From Rhynchobatus australiae (lineage: Eukaryota), in the NCBI GenBank assembly GCA_034780895.1, contig JAUZTB010000066.1, forward strand, positions 22,604,242-22,668,241: a stretch of 64,000 nt of DNA, read 5' to 3'. The position numbers and the translations under genes are program-made. Each line of letters opens with the position of its first letter. Position 1 is the first letter of the stretch. Shown here piece by piece: positions 1 through 12,093 of the stretch. Under the pieces are notes generated by a model that worked only from the letters and a program-made list of their open reading frames with translations, was not told where the DNA came from and did not search any database.

Positions 1-551
1 ACAATCACCATTAAGCTTGCTTGCTCATCACAGTGGGGGATCCACAGGCAGTCTGGTGGGTAATGTTAGAGCAAGTTAGCAATACTGCTATGCTCATTTT
101 GTGTTTAGCAATACTGAAAATGCGCCATTGTCCATCTTACCTGTTGGGTTAGTCATAAGATGCAAATCTGATCCAAATTTAGACCAGCTAATATTATGAT
201 TTTCTTTGCTGTGAATGAAATTGGACACAATTACATATGCAGTGGGGAAGAGGCACCTTGTTGCAAATTGCTGCAGTTATGTAGACTTGCAAACAAAAGA
301 ATTATTTGGCCCAAAACATCTGCTTAAGGATTTACACCAGACCTGCACCTATTGAACCAGTGAAATAGTGGGGTGATTTGTTTGTATGGCTTCCAAGACC
401 AGGAATTGGTTGGGATAGTTTTGACTTTGTGTATTTATGTAAGATATCCAATGGTAAACTGGCAGCTTCCTTGTATTTCCCCTGAACTTTAATTGTATTG
501 TAGTCATGGTCGAAGATGGTTAATACCAGATGAGTATCCACAAGCCCACAC

Positions 552-872
552 CATTAATCCAGAGGCATGAGTCCAAATCCCACCACATCAGCTGGGGAAT
601 TTAGAATCACATAATGAAATAAATCCTGAACTAAAGAGCTAGTATCAGTAATGCTAACCATGAAACTATTGGATTGTTGTAAAACACCATCTGGGTCATT
701 ACAGTCCTTCGGGGAAAGAAATTTGCCATCTTTTTGATACCTGTTCTGGCCTACCTGTGACACATTGACAGTATTGAATCTCAGTTGCCTCCTAAGTTAA
801 AATAATTAGGAATGAACAGTAAATCCTGACCTTGCCTTTGACATCTGTATCTCATCAAAGAATTAAAATAAA
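552..872 (+). mobile_element. Elasmobranch tRNA-derived SINE-like repeat (family A in this window), degraded
   Basis: Shares blocks (gagt[tc]caaatccc..., agctagtatcagtaatg..ccatgaaact, ggaaagaaatttgcc..acctg.tctggcctac, A-rich end) with copies at 1672, 24358 and 35878. Confidence 0.6.
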
Positions 873-1115
873 CCCGTCCTCTGTAAAGCTGTCACTGGGT
901 TTATTGTTACTTGTTTTGCACAATCACTCAAAATCACATTTCTGTTGTCTAAAATGTCTAAATGACCAAGATGATTAACGTTCTCAGCTGTTCAACTCCA
1001 AGAGCCTTCAGCCACCTCCCTTTCTGCAGATACAATGAAGGCAATCTGTCTTCCTACACCTCTGACCAGTGTTCTCCCTCTGGTGTATGTTGTTCCTGAT
1101 GTGTCATTTGATGGA

Positions 1116-1230
1116 GAAAGAGAGAGAGAGAGAAAGAAGCAGTTTTGCATTGATGTAGTGTCCTTGGTCTCAGGTCATATGACAGGAGTTAAGTACTTTT
1201 GAAATGCAATTACTGTCTAAATGTAGGAGT
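1116..1230 (-). repeat. (GA)n tract followed by 3' tail fragment of a DeuSINE-like SINE
   Basis: GA run at ~1116-1136, then 'ttgcattgatgtagtg...aagtacttttgaaatgcaattactgt...atgtagga', the reverse complement of the SINE tail seen at 40200-40280 and 49190-49275. Confidence 0.45.
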
Positions 1231-1671
1231 TCTTGTTTTCTGTTACTCCCATTAATGGCAAAAAAGAAAATGAAAGCTTCACATACTAAACTTGCCTAAA
1301 AGGAGTATTCCAGGTGAGAGAGACACTACCACAAGAATGTTAAGCCCATGTCTCTCTCATAATGCCTCAAATAAACTATCTTTAAGAAGCTTAATAAAGA
1401 CATAAGAAGATTGCCAATTGTGAAATGTGCTCCAAAAATATAAGTGTTTGTGAACTGTGTGCATGTGTAATTTATGGCAAGTTTTCTTTCTACTCTGCCC
1501 AGTGCTTGTACAGAAAGCAGCTTGATGCTGTATCAAGGTGATCCCTGAGGGACACGAAGGAGCTCATTATGCTGTGAAATCATGAGGATTATGGGGTCAG
1601 GGTAGCCCCTGTACCTTGTGTGACATCCAACAGATTTTTCAGCTGGCTGCCTTGCTGCTGCAGCTGTGTCA

Positions 1672-1931
1672 CCATGAGTTTGAATCCCAGCCCAGCAGCA
1701 GGGAAGTTTAAATTCAAGTAATCAGAGAAATCTGACATTTAAAATAAAAGAAGCTCATCTTAGTAACAATGACCATGAAACTTCTGACTTGTAAATAAAC
1801 AGTCAGGAAACCTGCTCTCCTTACCTGGTCTAAATATGACTCCAAACTCGCCAGTGTGTTTGGTTCTCAACTACCTCCTTAGTTCAGGGGGAACTGGGGA
1901 TGGATGATAAATGCTGGCACATGTGAATAAG
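1672..1931 (+). mobile_element. SINE-like repeat family A copy
   Basis: catgagtttgaatcccag (B-box-like), aatgaccatgaaact, ccttacctggtct..tatgactcca and gataaatgctggc blocks match the copy at 552-872. Confidence 0.6.
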
Positions 1932-2065
1932 AGCGTTCAAATAATGGTTGCACATCCAGCCACCAAGAACTTGAGGGAAGAACTGTAAAGTTATTGTAAG
2001 TTGTCATCAGGAATTATAACAGCAGGCAAGAGTCAGGCCACTTGTGCTTGGTCCCAAGCATGAGA

Positions 2066-2678
2066 TTTTTTTTAACAAAATAAACTTTATTCATAATAAA
2101 AAAGAAACTATATACAATAATAAAACAGTTCAAACCTTTACNNNNNNNNNNNNNNNNNNNNNNNNNNNNNNNNNNNNNNNNNNNNNNNNNNNNNNNNNNN
2201 NNNNNNNNNNNNNNNNNNNNNNNNNNNNNNNNNNNNNNNNNCCTCTCACCGCCAGCCAAGCCAGGTCTTGGTGCTTGTTGGTGAGTTCTGGCGATGAGGC
2301 GTTCTGCCAGATGGTCTGGACAGTCTGCTTAGGGAACCACCCCACCGTGTCCTTCAAGTCCTTCTCCTGCAGTGTCTGCAGGATGTTCAGCACTGACCAC
2401 TGCCTGATGGACTTGTGGTCAAAGGGGTTGGTGCAGAAGAACTTCTCCACAAAGGACAGGCAGTGCGGCAACGTCCAGCTGACTGGGGCATTGTGTGGCC
2501 ATGGGGCCAGACCAATCCTTCGCAACAGTCGGGACAGGTAGAACCTCGGTACGTAGTGACACTTGGTGCCCACGTACTTGAGTTCCACAACCAGCCTGAC
2601 GCAGCCACAGACGAAGGTGGTCATCAGGATGAGGGCGACATTGGGGACAGCTTTACCCCCATTGTCCAGGGAGCTTTT
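2066..2678 (-). mobile_element. 5'-truncated Tx1-clade (L1-like) non-LTR retrotransposon: post-RT ORF2 region plus 3' end
   Basis: Open minus-strand frame KSSLDNGGKAVPNVALIL...IWQNASSPELTNKHQDLAWLAVR fits the post-RT region of Tx1/L1 ORF2 (K..GG..VP; W...K..DL.W). Beyond the 100-N gap the minus strand ends ...tatgaataaagtttattttgttaaaaaaaa (AATAAA plus A-tail). Confidence 0.8.
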
Positions 2679-4010
2679 CCCACAGCTTTCCAAAGGTGCC
2701 TTCTATGGTCCGCTCACCCACAAACCCAAAAGACCATTGATTCCACCATCCGTTTTGGATGCACCGACTGGCTGGTAGGTCTCTCTTTCAAGGGTATGGA
2801 TACAAACACTTGTTTCATTGCTTGGTACTTTTGAAATCTTGTCTTTTTATTGAAATAATTTAGCAATAAGCTGCATTTGGAAGGGAAGGCCATTGCAGAA
2901 AATAAATGACAAATTAAGGTTGGACAAATGGCGAACCAGAAATGGTGGGACATTATTCTGATTACATTTTTATCATAGCAGAGTTAGTGTACTTTTCTAT
3001 TGATATGTGAGTATCAACCAGATTACAAAGCCTCCAACCATGCTCTCACACCTTGGAGAAAAAATATACCCTTCTAACCATCATTTCTAATTGTTTCTTA
3101 AATGTATGCCATGAAGCGTCTTAGTTATAAACTTGTGCTGCTTAAAATCAGCTCTTTTACTTTCAGTTGCACTTCATCCCTCACATAAAACCTCATTTAA
3201 AATGCCACACAACAGAACAACTTGGAACTCTCTGTGTATTAATAAAAATGTATTCCTTATTTTTATTTGTAGAAGTATCATCTTCCATCCCTCCTCCTCT
3301 TGTTATTATTTTGTCAGTGTAATTGTTGTAGTAAATATACTCTACTTAATTAACATATTCCCACTAGGCTATTTCCAGAAGTGAATTATTCATATGCTTT
3401 CAGCTATTACATAACACAAGCTCCTCCTTAAACTAAATAAATGCCCATTGCACAGTCCTTATGATTTTCATGTCTGGTTAATTATTCACCTGATTAAAAT
3501 ATTGTTAAGTAGCCTAGCCACGACTAGTCATGAAAATGAATCGAGTCATAAATGGAAAGAATCCCTGAAAGCATTAATGAATGTCTGTCAATCACTAACA
3601 AATGTGTTGATTGCACATTGGGTAAATAATGCCCATTGTTATACCTAAATCTATTAAGAAATAAAGGAATCATGTTATAATTTTGGAACGTCCTCTTTGC
3701 ATAACCTAGGATGATTCATGAGTACAAAGGCTCTCTATTAAGTTTAATTTCAATTTTTAGCTTGTGCAGCCATTAAGCATGCAAGATCCATTTTACTTAC
3801 TAAGCTGGACAAATGGGTGACTAAAATCTGCTTCATTCCAATTCATGTAGTTCAGGTTCAAAAGCTCTTTCTTGCATTTAATTGCAAAGAACAATTTACT
3901 TTTTTGTTACGGCTTGTAAAATTGATATTTAATTCATCATTCACTGTCCATGTATCCATAATGGATTATCTGCTAAGTAATCACCAAGAAATCCTATGAA
4001 AGACATAAAT

Positions 4011-4256
4011 AGGGTGAACCGGAAGGATCTTTGTCCCTTGGCAATGACACTAAAAGTTAAGGAGATCCTAACTTCTCTGTCTGAAAAGCTTAGTGGAGTT
4101 AGAAACCCTCATGACATTTAAAAGGTACCTGGATGACCAATTGAAGAGCAGTAAATTACAGGCAATGACTGAGAGCTGGCAAATAGAAATAACTTAAATA
4201 AAACCATTATGTACACGACCGGGCAAATGGCCTCCTTCTATGCCATTAATTCTTAG
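4011..4256 (+). mobile_element. Old CR1 LINE 3' fragment
   Basis: Blocks 'acatttaaaaggtacctggatg', 'gagagctggcaaatag' and 'gggcaaatggcctccttctatgc' resemble the CR1 3' ends at 7260-7437 and 48900-49133. Confidence 0.5.
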
Positions 4257-5710
4257 AAGATGCATCACTTTTTTTTTACTCAGAGTTGAAGACTTCCAGA
4301 ATTTTTACCTTGGTGCATTCATTCAGCCATTGAAAACTCAAGGCTGGTTTGTACAACCAGTGTTTCCCATGTCGAAGAGCAAAGATTCTTCCCTGACTCC
4401 CCTCCCTGCCAGTGCATTGGCACATAATACTTTCATGTTAAAGATGTGAATTTGAATTGTAAAAGATTTCTGAGTAGAATTCATGTCATCAAAATATGAC
4501 TTGCAAACTTTTCTGGTGATTCATTCATTCCAAGCATCTGTTTTATACAATTTATTGTGGTGCAATTAGCATTTAAATAACAAGATAAACATTGAAAATA
4601 GCAAAGCAACCCTGACAAAATAGTGCTGATGACCCAGTACAATGAGTGCAACAATTCTTAGATTCTGCATGGAGTCATTTTAAACCCTTCTTTCTTTTGC
4701 AATCCATATTCAAGTTTTGATTGTGAAAGGACAGTGTCCCAACTTGCAAAGACATGGGAATACCCATCTTATCAGCATGAAAAATGTCAGCTCAGCAGAC
4801 CAATTTGAGTATTAAATTGCTGCATAGAAACTAAGAAAAAATCTGCAGTATTAGTATAAAAAAGGATGTTATATCCTCAGACTTGTTACCCAGATAATCC
4901 ACAATGGATACATATGCTGCACGTTATAAAATAAATGACCTGAAAGGTGTATTTCTCCTCACAGTGCTGATCCCAGGGCAATATCCTGAAACAACTGCCA
5001 ATTTGTGGATCTCTTTTTTATTGCGAGCAAGAAAATGTAATAATTGGGATGCTTCATTAATGTCACCTGTGTCCTGTGCTCTGCCAGATACCCTGTCCAA
5101 AAGAGTTTACAGGACGGTTCAAAAAGCTGCATGTTTTGACTGATGTGACATTGTGTACAACCTCCTGCCTGCTGTGTGAGGTTTAATTCAAACAAGCATT
5201 GCTGATGATCGTAGCCTCCACTGAAAGAGTTAAGTGTAAGCCAATTAAATTAGTGCACTTCATGGCTGCGAGCAACTGAAAGGATAGTTTTGATCAATAT
5301 TTCACAATATTCTCTCGTCTTCCACTCCCCCCTCCCTGAAAACCCCCCAAGGGCATAACCCCCAAGATCTGCCACAGTGTAAGCTTTTGTAGGACACTCG
5401 TTTGCATTAGGTTGGTGACAGCAGGCAATGTTCAACTCCCCTGTGACAGGATCTGCTCAGATTTAGTCTTTGAATGTTGCAAATTAAATTCCCTCAACAG
5501 GCCTCTAATCACTCTTAGCAGATGGGGCTTGCGCTCAATTTTGAATCCACAGGAAATTTAATGGTTATTGTTTCTGTTTAAATAGGAGATTATTGCATTT
5601 TAATAAGTTCTCTTTGGGATTTGCCACAACAATAGAGCACCATGAATTACAGTAGATAGCTGTTAGTGCATGCTGGGGAAAAATCAAGTCACTGAGTGTG
5701 ACAAGTCGCT

Positions 5711-5750
5711 TTTCTTTCTCTCTCTCTCTCACTCTTTCTCTCTCTCTCTT
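5711..5750. repeat. (CT)n-rich microsatellite
   Basis: tttctttctctctctctctcactctttctctctctctctt seen directly. Confidence 0.85.
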
Positions 5751-6754
5751 GCCATCCGCTCGGAGTGTATTTACCACCAAATTAAGTTTGTGCCATGGGG
5801 ATAATATTTTTTATCCTGCCGAGGGGNNNNNNNNNNNNNNNNNNNNNNNNNNNNNNNNNNNNNNNNNNNNNNNNNNNNNNNNNNNNNNNNNNNNNNNNNN
5901 NNNNNNNNNNNNNNNNNNNNNNNNNNNNNNNNNNNNNNNNNNNNNNNNNNNNNNNNNNNNNNNNNNNNNNNNNNNNNNNNNNATTTCAAAAATGAGGGGA
6001 AGCGATCATGAAATTGAATTGTCACGCAATGCAGATTAAATTCTGGCGTTCCCGATTCTTTAATTAGGACACGGCTGGGGTCTTTTGTTTCAAAGGTATT
6101 ATTACAGTACCAGCAAACCTGAAGACACTTTTCCCTGTCTAGGTAAAGACTATGGCACAATTCTAAGCTATGTCTGCAATTGTTTATTTATGTAAAAGAT
6201 TAATTTTTTTAATCAAATATTATCTAAATTGTTTTTAGTCTTGCCCAGTAACCCTTTGGCTTAATACATTTCACAGTTAGGATACACATTGATGGATTCC
6301 TTGCTAACAGCAGCAAACTGAAGCTCCTATCTTATAGTCCTCCTTGTACTTTTAATATACTTTTTGTATGGCTCCCAAAGGTACCATTGGAGAGAGCTGG
6401 TACTTATACTCGATAAAGCCTGTTTAGTGCAAAGCTGGTTTCCAAAGGGATTTTCTGTAAATTACTAAGGGAAAAAAAAGAGTGATCTTGAGTGTGTTTC
6501 GGTGCTGTACACTTCTGGGCTCTTCTTATGTAACTTATCTTTGGCAACTTATTTCAAAATTTCTTCTGTTCTATATTTCTGGGGTTGCCTGTGGCATGTA
6601 CCATGCCAGAAGGGCAGTTTATGCCAATTCCAGTCCTTTATTCTGTCCCTAACTCAGCTGTGCCCTCCCTTTTCAGAAGGGTGTGGTGGGGACATTGCTG
6701 TCTGCTGCACCACTTTTTCATCGGCTTATCCAGATCATTCAAAGTTCGCAGCTC

Positions 6755-7437
6755 CAAGTCTGTAGATCCCACAAAATTGCTACGCAAGTTGACAGGGTTG
6801 TTAAGAAGGCATATGGTGTGTTGGCCTTCATTAGTCGGGGGATTGCATTGAAGAGCCGCGAGGTAATGTTGCAGCTCTATAAAACCCTGGTTAGGTCACA
6901 CTTAGCATATTGTGTTCAGTTCTGGTTGCCTCACTTATAGGAAGGATGTGGAAGCTTTAGAGAGGGTGCAGAGGAGATTTACCAGGATGCTACCTGGATT
7001 CAAGAGTATGTCTTATGAGGTTAGGTTGAGCGAGTTCGGGCTTTTCTCTTTGGGCAAAGGAGGATGAGAGGTGACCTGATAGAGGTGTACAAGATGATAA
7101 GAGGCAGAGATCGAGTGGACAGCAGAGAATTTTACCCAGGGCGGAAATGGCTAACATGAGGGGGCATCATTTTTAGGTGACTGGAGGAAAGTACAGGGGG
7201 GATATCAGAGGTAAATTTTTGACACAGAGCAGTGGGTTTGTGGAATGCACCGCGCAGGGGTGCTGGTATAGGCAGATCCATTAGGGACATTAAAGAGACT
7301 CTTAGATAGACACATGGGTGACAGAAAAATGGAGGGGTATGTGGGAGGGAATCGTTAGATTGATCTTGCAGCAGGTTAAAAGGTTAGCACAACATCATGG
7401 GCCAAAGGGCCTGTACTGTGCTGTAATGTTCTGAGTT
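6755..7437 (+). mobile_element. CR1 LINE, 5'-truncated (ORF2 C-terminus and 3' UTR), pseudogenised
   Basis: Translation QVDRVVKKAYGVLAFISRGIALKSREVMLQLYKTLVRSHLAYCVQFWLPH is the CR1 ORF2 C-terminal motif. The copy ends with the CR1 tail gggccaaagggcctgtactgtgctgtaatgttctg. Confidence 0.93.
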
Positions 7438-8394
7438 CCTCTCCCTCACCTTTGGCTCTTTCTTTGAAATGTTATAATCTTTAATTTACGAAGCAAGCAG
7501 ATACACAACTCAGGAAGCTACATTTCCCATACAGGAAACTCAGAAAGAGATTCAAACCAATTTTACAGCCTTTCTTTTTTTTCTGTTTGGGGGTTCTATG
7601 TCATGCAACCCAATCCACTTGAAGGATGACACCATTATCACTACACAACAGTGAATACTTAAACCTGGTACTATCCACTGATCTTGTTACTAGAAGCTTG
7701 CAAAGTAGCAAATAATGAATTCTTGGTGCTGCCTGGAATATAATTCCTTACTTCCTTCCATAAATGATACCAAACTGTCCAGGTTGTAAACAAAATATTC
7801 CAGTAGGCTCCTAGTTATTACTTAGGAATGCCTGTAATCATTTTTCGCCAATATTAACCTTTCTCATTCCATGATGTCAGAAGCCCCACTGTCACCACTT
7901 GATCTCATTTCCAAATGTATAGCTTTGGGAGGTGAATGGAGATACGTATGCAATGCTGAGTTGCAACAAAATTTGTGAAGCATTTCTCNNNNNNNNNNNN
8001 NNNNNNNNNNNNNNNNNNNNNNNNNNNNNNNNNNNNNNNNNNNNNNNNNNNNNNNNNNNNNNNNNNNNNNNNNNNNNNNNNNNNNNNNCCCTCAGCTCTC
8101 CACAAACTCCTCTTCCTCCTTTCCCAAAGGAAAGGCCAGGCTGCACAGTACCATCTCTCTGGCAAGACTAGGAAGGTCAGTCCGGCCGCAGGTTCCACAC
8201 TCACCCATCCGGCACCCTGCACTGCCTACTCTTCCCTCCAGCCCTCTCTCTCAACTTCAGAATACATGCCCCTTTTTCCTTGTACATTCAGGGAACTGCT
8301 AACTCTTCCCCTCAAATTGTTGGTTGTACCCTTTCCTGGTGAACTCAACCCCTGTTCAAAACTTTCAAGAATTGGGTGTCAAGAAGGGAACAAA

Positions 8395-8772
8395 GGGTGG
8401 CAGTGGGGGTAGACAGAAAATGGGCAGGGGGAATGTGTGCGAGGTGGTGAGGCAAGGTGGAAAGAGAGGGGACTGAGTAAAAGAGGGGGAGTGGGGGAGA
8501 GTGGGGGAAGGAGAGATGGGAGGGAAGGAATGAGGGGAGAGAGAGAGGGTGGGGGAAAGATGGGGGAGGAGAGTTTGGGGGAAGGTGAGAGAGGTGGTAG
8601 GGAGACAGGGAGAAAGTGTGGGGAGGAGGAAGGGATGGGGAGGGGTTGGTGGGTGAGGGAGAGACGGGAAGAGAGATTTTGGGGGGAGAGGGTGCTGGGT
8701 GAGGGGGACAGGGAAGGGGAGTGAGAGATGAGGGAGCAGGTTGGGGTGGAGGGAGAGGGGTTGCAATGGGAA
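8395..8772 (+). repeat. Purine/G-rich low-complexity tract
   Basis: About 380 bp of mostly G/A with many GGG-GGGGGG runs. It accounts for the spurious Pro/Ser-rich minus-strand ORFs. Confidence 0.85.
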
Positions 8773-9004
8773 GCACTCCTTTTATTCCTAGCCCATTGGA
8801 AGTGCTCTAAAGTTCTCTCCAGTTAAGTGCTGGGGTTTTCTGAAGATTGTTAAACTTGACTCAGGATCCGGATTTAAATATAATAATAAAACATGCTACC
8901 TCTCCAAGACAGGACACTCAAACGGTATGCAATCTACTAACGCAATAATAATGACAGGTTGAAGAGATTCCTGTACTGACATCTAGATTGTTAATGTGTG
9001 TATA

Positions 9005-9970
9005 GGGTCCCAGCTTTGATCACCAGTTCCAATAATAAAACAACCTTCATTCAATCATCTTCTGCCTATTGTCACCAAGACAATTTCAGATCCAGTTTGT
9101 CATATTGCTCTGAATCCCATGAACTCTTATCCTTTAGACAGTCTCCTTATTGAAGTTCACATAGACTATATCAGTCTTAGCACCACCATCAATACATTTG
9201 GTTACTTTGCAAAAAATTCAGTCAGATTAGTCAGACAGGATCTTTCCCAAATAAAGCAATGCTGACTATTCTTGATTAATCCCTGTATCTCTAAGTACAG
9301 ATTAATCCTCAGAACATTTTCCAATAATTTTCCTACCACTGATATGGGATTTATCCACCTATACTTACCTGGTTTATCCCTCCTTGAATAAAGGTACCAC
9401 ACTTGCTGATCTCCAGATACCAGATCTCCAGATACTAGTATCTCCAGATATTTGCTGATACCACACTGGCTGATCTCCAGACTTCTAGCATCTCTCGTGG
9501 CCAGAAAAGATTTGAAAATTCCAGCAATCTTATCCCTTGCCTCCCAGAGCAGTCTGGGATACATCTCTTCAATCCTTGGGGATTCATCTAACTTTAAGCT
9601 CACTGAGAAATTTAATACCTCCTCTTGTTCAGCGATAATTTGTTCTAGAATTCCACTGTGCCTCTCTGTGAATTTTCCAATTATAATGTCCTCTTCAATA
9701 GTAAATAGATGAGTACTCATTTAAGGCCTTGTCTACATCCTCCAGCCACTTTGGACCCTAATGGACCCTACCCTTTCTCTGCTTACCTTCTTGCTCTCAA
9801 TATACATATAAACTACTTCAGGATTTTCCTTAACCTTTCTTAACCCTTCTAATTACTTTTTTTAAGTACCACTCTCTGTTTTCTATACTCCTATGGTGCC
9901 TCCCTTGTTGTCAATCCCTGCGAATAAGCCTCTGCTTTGTTTCTTTATGCAATCCTCAATATCCCTTGAT
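9005..9970 (-). mobile_element. Degraded CR1 LINE internal fragment (ORF2 linker and RT N-terminus)
   Basis: ORF 9202-9720(-): LKLDESPRIEEMYPRLLWEARDKIAG...RDKPGKYRWINPISVVGKLLE...LIKNSQHCF..RSCLTNLTEFF matches CR1 RT motifs (NYRP.SLTSVVGKLLE; SQHGF..GRSCLTNL.EFF). Confidence 0.88.
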
Positions 9971-11965
9971 GTTGGACTGTGTGTTAGTTATGTGGTGTTT
10001 TAATATCAAGAGCGATATATTTCTTGTCATCTTATCAGGGTGCTTTGGTAATTCAATTTTGTAATTCATTTTTTTGATAAATACTGTAATGCATCTCTTG
10101 AGATGGCAGGGGTAACTGGTATGCTATATATGTGATACAGAATACTGTGAGTCAAATAAGCACGTCGACACATCCACATTCATCAAGAGGGAGGTGATGA
10201 CTCTAGTATATGAACAGCACAAACCTTGCACTTTTGTTCAAAGTTGACAGCTCTGAACTGAGAGCAAAGCTGGAAAATGGCTGCTGCTGATTGATTTGTA
10301 ATGCAGCCAAATTTTCTGGCCTTGATTCCGATGCTTAATTCAGCAAGGTAATAAATAGAGCAGCTGTGCTGGTGAAACAACACATCGTTTTCAAATAGGG
10401 TAAGAGGAACATGATGTAGTGCACAGTAATTTGAGGGCTAAAAGCTGAAATGCGTTGATGTTACCCTAGTTCATATTGGGCAATTAATTTGACTGAATAA
10501 ATTAAATAACCCTAAATCAATGATTTGCAACAATTGTTTCAAAAGCTTGACCAACAAAATAGCATTCAGATACTTTGGCTGTTCAAACACATTAAGGAGG
10601 TCAACGGACATTAAAAACTGCAAAACTGAAGATTTGGATGATTTATATGTATTAACCAAATTCAGGAGGTGTTTTGAGCTTGTAGTACACATTTTACTGC
10701 ACAGCGTACAATGTGAATGTATAATTTAAAATTATAGTTGAAGTCAAGTGACAGAGAGTTTGACTGAGAAGTTAAATGTTGATGGTGCAAAACATGTTGA
10801 GTATTACAAGTCAGGAAGAACAGTATGTGATGCCCTGACTAAAATAATATGATGTCTTGTGACATATGACAAAAATAATATGCCCTTTAGTTTACTCCTT
10901 TGATACTGATAAATGTGTCAGGTAAAAGAACTATGCCTTGTTAAATACTTCTCTCTGGTGCTCAGTGACAGATCCTTCCTCACCACACACATGCACACAC
11001 ACAGACACATTCCTTCACTGGTTCACTCACTCCTATATCTAGCGCAAAGGGCATAATAACCATATCCTTTCAATGGTGCCTAAAACACACACTCCCTGGA
11101 GAAGGAATTGCATGGAGGAACCAANNNNCGATTGCAAACTCCTTCCCCTGTTTTACACACAGGAATTTATTTCATGCCTCCTGATAGTTTGAACGTGAAA
11201 ATATTAATGAGAAAGACCTGTACAGAATAACATTGCATTTATTTTGCTACAAATGAAACTATGAAGGTCAGACACAATATTTTGTTCTGCAGAATTCAAA
11301 CTTTTCAGAATCAAATGCATGCATTGAGGTTAGTTGGTTTCCCTTATCCAACACAAAATATAACAATGGTAACAAAAAGCTCCCGTCATTCTGTTCCCCT
11401 GGTGCAGTAACCATACCTTTAAGTTTCCCCTCAGAGACTGCCCTGAGTAGAATGTTACTCTTTAGAAATATTTAAGCCACTTGGATATACTATCTGCACT
11501 GGTTCTTTCCAGCAGCATTAAACATCAGCCAACAAGGCCCAAATGCCTTTGAATGGATACAAGTCAAGAGGGATACAACTCAAATATTTCTGTACAGATC
11601 TGGATCATACTATATAAGTTATCGGCGTCCAACTGTTGAAACGCAAGTCCTCAATTTCCATGCATGTGTTGTGAACCACAGAAATCCAAGACTTATTGAC
11701 AGACTCACAGGGTTAAGAGCATTAGCACATAAGCATTGGGAGTAGGACTAGGCCTTTCACCTGCTCTGCCATTCAATAAGATCATGGCTGATCTTTCATC
11801 TAAATGCCACTTTTTCTATATGTTTATTCCACTTCAGCGATGGGGGTTCCCCACTAATATTTTGGGGAATCACCAGCCAGATTCTGCAGGATCGAGAGTA
11901 ATGGAGATCATAGTGCAAAATTTTAGGAAGCATACCAGATTGTAATTTACATTTTTTAACAAATG

Positions 11966-12093
11966 AAAATCAATAAAAAGCTGCAGATGCTGGAAATCTG
12001 AAATAAAAACTGCTGGAAACACTCAGCAGATCAGGCAGCATCTATGGAGAGAGAAACAGTAAACGTTTCAGGTCCAAGGCTCTTTGTCAGAAT
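11966..12093 (-). mobile_element. Penelope-like element terminal repeat (pLTR) with decayed hammerhead motif
   Basis: Family signature ctgcagatgctgg...actcagcag.tcaggcagcatct.tgga. Minus-strand core reads ttCTGACAAagagccttggacctGAAAcgttt, with the core mutated from CUGA(C/U)GA. Confidence 0.75.

Noticed and set aside
8345-8776. Pro/Ser/Leu-rich 133-143 aa ORFs resembling extensin or formin
   Set aside because: They are translations of a low-complexity C/T-rich strand, open in several frames, with no domain or splice support.
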